DNA of 63,939 nucleotides, the filler included, from Craspedostauros australis (lineage: Eukaryota): the NCBI GenBank assembly GCA_030167865.1. It is 5 parts of 5 records of this genome, joined end to end, with 100 filler letters (N's around TTAATTAATTAA, not from the genome) between each part and the next. Parts side by side here need not be neighbours in the genome. Positions count along the whole stretch, not along the records: positions 62,050 to 63,939 come from JALAGF010003424.1; 4 more parts are not named here. One strand, given 5' to 3'. Position numbers and translations under genes: made by a program. Shown here piece after piece: positions 62,052 to 63,939 of the stretch. The first letter of the stretch is position 1. The number at the start of each line of letters is the position of its first letter. The notes below the pieces were generated by a model. That model was not told where the DNA came from. It saw only the letters and a program-made list of their open reading frames with translations, and ran no database searches.

Positions 62052-62579
62052 GGTGTCAAGCACGAGGTCCCTTGGAGCCTTGCGCTGTACGCGATCTACC
62101 AATCAGTCTGCAACTCGATTCATGATTGGTCTTTCGTTGCAGTGCTTTGTGGCACACCCATGATGAAATCGGTATTGCGGTTCCGCGGCGCCGATGTCCA
62201 AGGACGGTTGCTATACTTCGGATTCCGCGTCTACGAAGCCTCGTACATCACATTCGCAGATGGCGCTGTGATCGACGATTGCATCGTCAACGGTCACTCG
62301 GGTGTGTTCTCGAAGGTGACATTGGGAACCTCGTACATCGATGGTGTGATGCATCCATCGTCCTTCGTGCTGATGAGAAAGGGACCGGCGACTGCTCCAA
62401 CTACGACTTCATTGGTTGAGCATGCCGCAGGGAAGATGATCACCGACAGCCAACCATCGGCCAAAGGCCAGGATTGCACAACGTCTGACGCACCAGTATC
62501 GCTGGAGGACGAAGATCGCGAATCCGCAGAGTCGCTTGCTCCAAGTGATCACTGTGGAGAGGAGGTGGACATCGTGTGA
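62052..62579 (+). CDS. 3' fragment of a protein resembling the NRPS terminal domain / Pls-PosA-type C-terminal (beta-helix-like) domain
   Basis: The frame is open from the segment edge. LCGTPMMKSVLRFRGADVQG...YEASYITFADGAVIDDCIVNGH...KVTLG resembles the L.GTP...YLRLLGA.IG...E.DLVTIGD...TH pattern. The 5' part is missing. Confidence 0.55.
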   Translation, partial: GVKHEVPWSLALYAIYQSVCNSIHDWSFVAVLCGTPMMKSVLRFRGADVQGRLLYFGFRVYEASYITFADGAVIDDCIVNGHSGVFSKVTLGTSYIDGVMHPSSFVLMRKGPATAPTTTSLVEHAAGKMITDSQPSAKGQDCTTSDAPVSLEDEDRESAESLAPSDHCGEEVDIV

Positions 62580-63610
62580 AGCTTGTGATCGAGTCGCAAC
62601 AGTTGTGGTGACCGCATCGCCGACATCCACATCACCTCTCCATCAATACCGCCACTCATCATCATGACGCACGTCAACGCTCGCACATGAAAGTGTTGGA
62701 AGTGACGTTGTGCAATGGTATGGCGCGATCGCAACAAACAAGAAGAATTGGAGGCAGAATGCCGTCATCCACCAATACCATTAGAATTGCAGTCTTATCA
62801 ACATTACAAAGCGCGGGATTGGCAACATGCAGATGTTCATGGTGCCATACGATGGAGAGCATGGCGTGGTGCTAAACACAGTGCCGACGAGAGTGTTACC
62901 TGTCTCGTCTTTCCCATGTGTCTCGACCGTTGCCAATGCCATTGCCGATGCCATCAACAACGTCATTGGCATTGCTTGACGAGTGAGCCGCCTGTTCCAC
63001 GACAGGATGTCATTGTTCGTGGTTGTGTTGATGTGTTGGTTGTTGGCGACATTTCGAAAGGGAGAATGATCTTCATCAATAACGTCCATTCAACCGTCTA
63101 TTCCCATAGTGACTTCCAACAAACCACGCAGTCCTCGCTTCGCCGCGCATAGCAACCTTGTTGGGCTTATCTCCTCCTAAATACCGTTCCCACACGACGC
63201 GCCGGGTGGTGTTTCCGGGATCTCGCGGACTCGCCCACGCCGGAATTCCATCGCTCAAATTTCGCAAGAGAGGCGAACCGATCAGTATAGTACCCAACGT
63301 GAGGATTTGTAACGTGTGATGATGCATTGGTACTCGCACACGTAGCTTTGTACGTGGAATAGTACTGGTAGTGGCAAGTGTCAGCCTTTCTCACTCGCAT
63401 CCATGGCGTGCGCCTTCCCTCTACAACGCTCTTCCTACTACTCGCATCAACTGGTTGTCCTTGTCGTCAATCTCCATTTCATCAACTCAAATCGACTTCC
63501 ATTCTCAACTCCACCTTCATCTCACAATCTCAAACTTTGCAAACTCTGCAACGTTCAATCACAGCAACAACCAGAGTATCAACACAACAACAAACAAACA
63601 AACAAACAAG

Positions 63611-63939
63611 ATGGATCCCGTTCAGCTCGTCAAGTCGGTGTACTCCACCGGACTCCTCATCTTCTCGATCACCATCGTCTGCGGACTCATCTTCAATGAG
63701 CAGACCAAGGTCTCGTCCGAGGTCCACCCAGTGGTCGCCTTGGTCGTCATGATCACGGCCCTCGTGTGGCTCAACATGGTTGAGGGAGGACAGGGTTCCC
63801 TCGTCGGTCTCCCACCAGTCGACCGTGACCTCTACGTCGAATCCCACCCAACCAGCCACCAGTGCACCTCCCTCGCCCACAAGGGTGACAACCTCGACCG
63901 CTACCTCATGGGACGTCAGTTCATGGTCCTCCTCATGGT
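63611..63939 (+). CDS. SIT: Silicon (silicic acid) transporter, 5' part
   Basis: Manual translation gives MDPVQLVKSVYSTGLLIFSITIVCGLIFNEQTK...WLNMVEGGQGSLVGLPPVDRDLYVESHP...KGDNLDRYLMGRQFMVLL, with the diagnostic EGGQ and GRQ (GXQ) motifs. Runs off the window edge, so it is absent from the ORF track. Confidence 0.97.
   Translation, partial: MDPVQLVKSVYSTGLLIFSITIVCGLIFNEQTKVSSEVHPVVALVVMITALVWLNMVEGGQGSLVGLPPVDRDLYVESHPTSHQCTSLAHKGDNLDRYLMGRQFMVLLM

Noticed and set aside
60272..62579. TauD + NRPS-like biosynthetic gene cluster
   Set aside because: Biochemically attractive, but an artificial spacer (61950-62049) lies between the genes.

Overview
This is eukaryotic nuclear DNA from a diatom. 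The evidence is a silicon transporter, bipartite plastid-targeting peptides, GT-AG introns and microsatellite-rich intergenic DNA. The window is not one locus: four artificial 100-bp spacers (44 N + TTAATTAATTAA + 44 N) join five segments, 1-20706, 20807-33786, 33887-40027, 40128-61949 and 62050-63939, so gene adjacency across spacers is not evidence of linkage. The two most informative genes are absent or incomplete in the ORF track because they run off the window edges. On the left is a spliced minus-strand fusion of signal peptide, SET methyltransferase, aminopropyltransferase and two degenerate AdoMetDC-like modules, the type proposed to make long-chain polyamines for biosilica. On the right is a SIT silicon transporter, which lies on the same segment as the tail of an NRPS-terminal/Pls-like gene. 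Other genes: two convergent MORN proteins, a CyanoQ/PsbQ-like lumen protein, KRR1, a SpoU methylase, a bacterial-type STAND ATPase-TPR protein, a 2314-aa receptor cyclase-phosphodiesterase with His repeats and a TPR-like tail, sulfite oxidase, a CRAL-TRIO protein, a putatively lumen-targeted KOW protein, tRNA-Asp and a plastid TauD dioxygenase. Two tandem-repeat arrays are present, one palindromic. All family calls come from motif recognition by eye; no searches were run.
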